Positions 61,088 to 64,000 of a stretch of DNA of 64,000 nucleotides are shown in pieces. The notes beneath the pieces were generated by a model. It was not told the DNA's origin. It ran no database searches and worked only from the letters and a program-made list of their open reading frames with translations. Position 1 is the stretch's first letter. Each line of letters begins with the position of its first letter. The stretch is from the human T2T-CHM13v2.0 reference genome, Homo sapiens. The position numbers and the translations under genes are program-made. The stretch lies in assembly GCF_009914755.1 (NCBI RefSeq), contig NC_060937.1; one strand, given 5' to 3'.

Positions 61088-61533
61088 TAATTTTTAAAGC
61101 TAGACCTTATTTGTTATGTTTACTGGGAGCTATAAAGAGACCTCAACCAAACCTATCATGAGGACATAGACCTGTAATTGAGCTGTTTTATGAATGGTTG
61201 GTTACATTTGGTTGTTTCAGAAAGGAGAATCTGCTGACCTTCATCACTCTGGTAGCAGTCAGTAATAAATACTGGGCGCTAAATGTCTAGGGTATGACTG
61301 TGGGGCTATGGACACATGTGAACACGTGCTCTTGCAAGGTTCAAGACAGTAATAATTCTTATTCACTAAGGACAACACTTGGTGACCTCAGAGACCTTGC
61401 TGTAGGGAAGATACCATAATGCTTTCTAGACTTTTTAAAAAATATAGTTATCCCAGATTTAAATTAAGTCCCATCAGCATTTTCTGCAGGCAGGGGTATT
61501 GCAGATGGGTGGTAAATACAACAAACAAGAAAC

Positions 61534-61677
61534 CTGAGAATATGAGAATTCCAATCCCGTGACAGAGAAGACCACTTCGCCACAGGTGAGAAGAAAATAC
61601 TGCGGGATTTGCAGAGCCATGTTAACTGTGTTGGCTGAAATATCTTCAAACACCTTCACTTCAGGGCAGCTGTCATT
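61534..61677 (-). CDS. SLC15A1: PEPT1 internal exon
   Basis: CAG/..GT boundaries; 144 nt; NDSCPEVKVFEDISANTVNMALQIPQYFLLTCGEVVFSVTGLEFSYSQ (TM10, POT-family QIPQY..GE motif). Confidence 0.97.
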
Positions 61678-62200
61678 CTGCAGCAGTAAGGCAAAAGCAG
61701 AAGAAGTTGAGATAGCTTCTAAAATAAAAACTGTTTGAACAGGTAAATTGAGTTTGACCTTCTAGGATTACATCATATGATTTGTCAAGTACGTACACAT
61801 TTTAAACATAAGGCAACACTGCATTTTACACTTGCAATGGGATTTGAAGACACGTTCAGGAGGATTTTTCTTTTAGATAAGAGAGTAGGTTGGAAGTCAT
61901 TTTAAAACACTGCCCTCTCTTTGAACTATGAGTTCTTTAAGTCCATGTTAATAGTCTAGAAGGAGGCATCAGATATTGGTTAACATAAATTATTATCCAG
62001 GGGAAGTCAGTCTGTTTAGATTCTAATGATTAAGTCATCAATAAGTTAAAGAATTAGCCAAGCAAATTAATTCTAAGCCCATTTAAAATACAGATCCTAA
62101 TATCACTCTAGTTAAATCATATTATGTCCTAAGTGTTTGTGAGTCTTCATATCAATCGAGTATGAGCAGATCTTCTGATACAATGAAACGAGTTACTAAC

Positions 62201-62309
62201 CTTCCTTTGGACTATATAGGTATAAGCACTACCAAATTCAAGGTAGAAAGTATTGAAATTAGGTTGACATTGTGGCGGAATCTCTGTTGAGCTTATTGTG
62301 AAGCCTTTT
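62201..62309 (-). CDS. SLC15A1: PEPT1 internal exon (extracellular domain)
   Basis: TAG/..GTTAGT boundaries; 109 nt; (I)KGFTISSTEIPPQCQPNFNTFYLEFGSAYTYIVQRK; phase matches both neighbours. Confidence 0.96.
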
Positions 62310-62422
62310 CTATCAAAATAAAGAATAATATTGGTTAACATTCTTGGCATTAAAAATTTCAATGCATTTTTTAAAGAAAAATTCTTGAACCTTTGAGTGA
62401 AGCATTCAGTCTCGGTACTTAC

Positions 62423-62530
62423 ATGCCAGAAGGAAAAAACTGGTATGTGCTGGCATTGTAGCTGCTGATATTTGCATAAACTTTCCCACTCATTGTGATG
62501 GTGATGAGCTCGTTAAAAGTATTTACAAAT
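62423..62530 (-). CDS. SLC15A1: PEPT1 internal exon (extracellular domain), not in the ORF track
   Basis: CAG/..GTAAGT boundaries; 108 nt; (R)FVNTFNELITITMSGKVYANISSYNASTYQFFPSG(I) with N-glycosylation sequons NIS and NAS; the split codon AT+A joins the next exon. Confidence 0.95.
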
Positions 62531-62841
62531 CTGAAACAGAAAACCATCTGTCTTGTAACTGAACTAGAGAATAATATATTCTAGGTCACAGTACATGCAC
62601 CTGAAGTTGGGCAATACTCCCTATTTTGAAGGAGTTTAAGATGTTTTCAGAATATTTCTAGAGAATAAAGACAAAAAGTGAAAAACTCTGGGTTTATCCC
62701 TGCTCACCCACTCATGAGAACACACCTAAAAGAATGTATTTAACAGTGTTTATATGTGCTGGTTACTGCTCTAAGTACTTTGTAAATCTAACCTAGTTCA
62801 ATACATTAGGAATATTAAGCAGGGACTGAAGTAGATACTGA

Positions 62842-63211
<370 letters not shown>

Positions 63212-63586
63212 TAGTGAAAGACCAAAACCAGATGCTGCCCAGTTCCTAAAAGATAGACCCCAGTTCCTAAACGACACCCCCTTCTTTAGGGGGTTGAGGA
63301 GGAAAGCCCACCTACTTCCTACCTCTAGGAGCCTCAGGTGGGGAAGGGCACCCAGGACTGGAGAGGAAGAAGTGGGCCAGCCCAGTAACAAGAGACGGTT
63401 TTTTCAGTCTTTTTTAGAGATGAGGTCTTGCTCTGTTGCCCAGGCTAGAGTGCAGTGATACAATCACAGTTCAATGCAGCCTCGAACTGTGGGCCTCAAG
63501 TGATCCTCCCACCTTAGCTTCCTGAGTAGCTGGGACTACAGGTGTGTGCCACAATGCCTGGCTAATTTTTATTTTTATTTTTGTAG

Positions 63587-63898
<312 letters not shown>

Positions 63899-64000
63899 TA
63901 GGACCATACAGATGGTGAACAGCACGGATGGCTGATTACAGACCCCTTTCATAGCTGTTCCAGGCTATAGACGACCCTGAAACTCTCATACAACCCTAGT

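Overview
Human (or very close primate) genomic DNA, Alu-dense and mostly intergenic. It most likely lies at 13q32, downstream of and including the 3' end of SLC15A1 (PEPT1 oligopeptide transporter). The last five coding exons and the 3' UTR of SLC15A1 are on the minus strand at about 57.7-62.5 kb, with clean GT-AG boundaries and compatible phases. The rest holds three retrocopies: an old cytochrome c (CYCS) processed pseudogene interrupted by Alus (about 2.1-4.3 kb), a calmodulin-2 (CALM2) processed pseudogene (about 14.8-16.8 kb) and a full-length 7SL RNA pseudogene (about 46 kb). There are also dozens of Alus, old L1/L2/MIR fragments, several LTRs and DNA transposons, a 63-bp VNTR and many small tandem duplications. 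The most striking observation is that the CALM2 retrocopy is split across opposite strands. Two head-to-head Alus bracket a 658-bp segment and their target-site duplications are swapped, which is direct sequence evidence for an Alu-Alu recombination-mediated inversion. I found no evidence for a new protein-coding system; nearly all ORFs in the track are Alu or low-complexity artefacts. Repeat subfamily names, pseudogene numbers and parent-mRNA comparisons come from my recall of consensus sequences, not from a database search.
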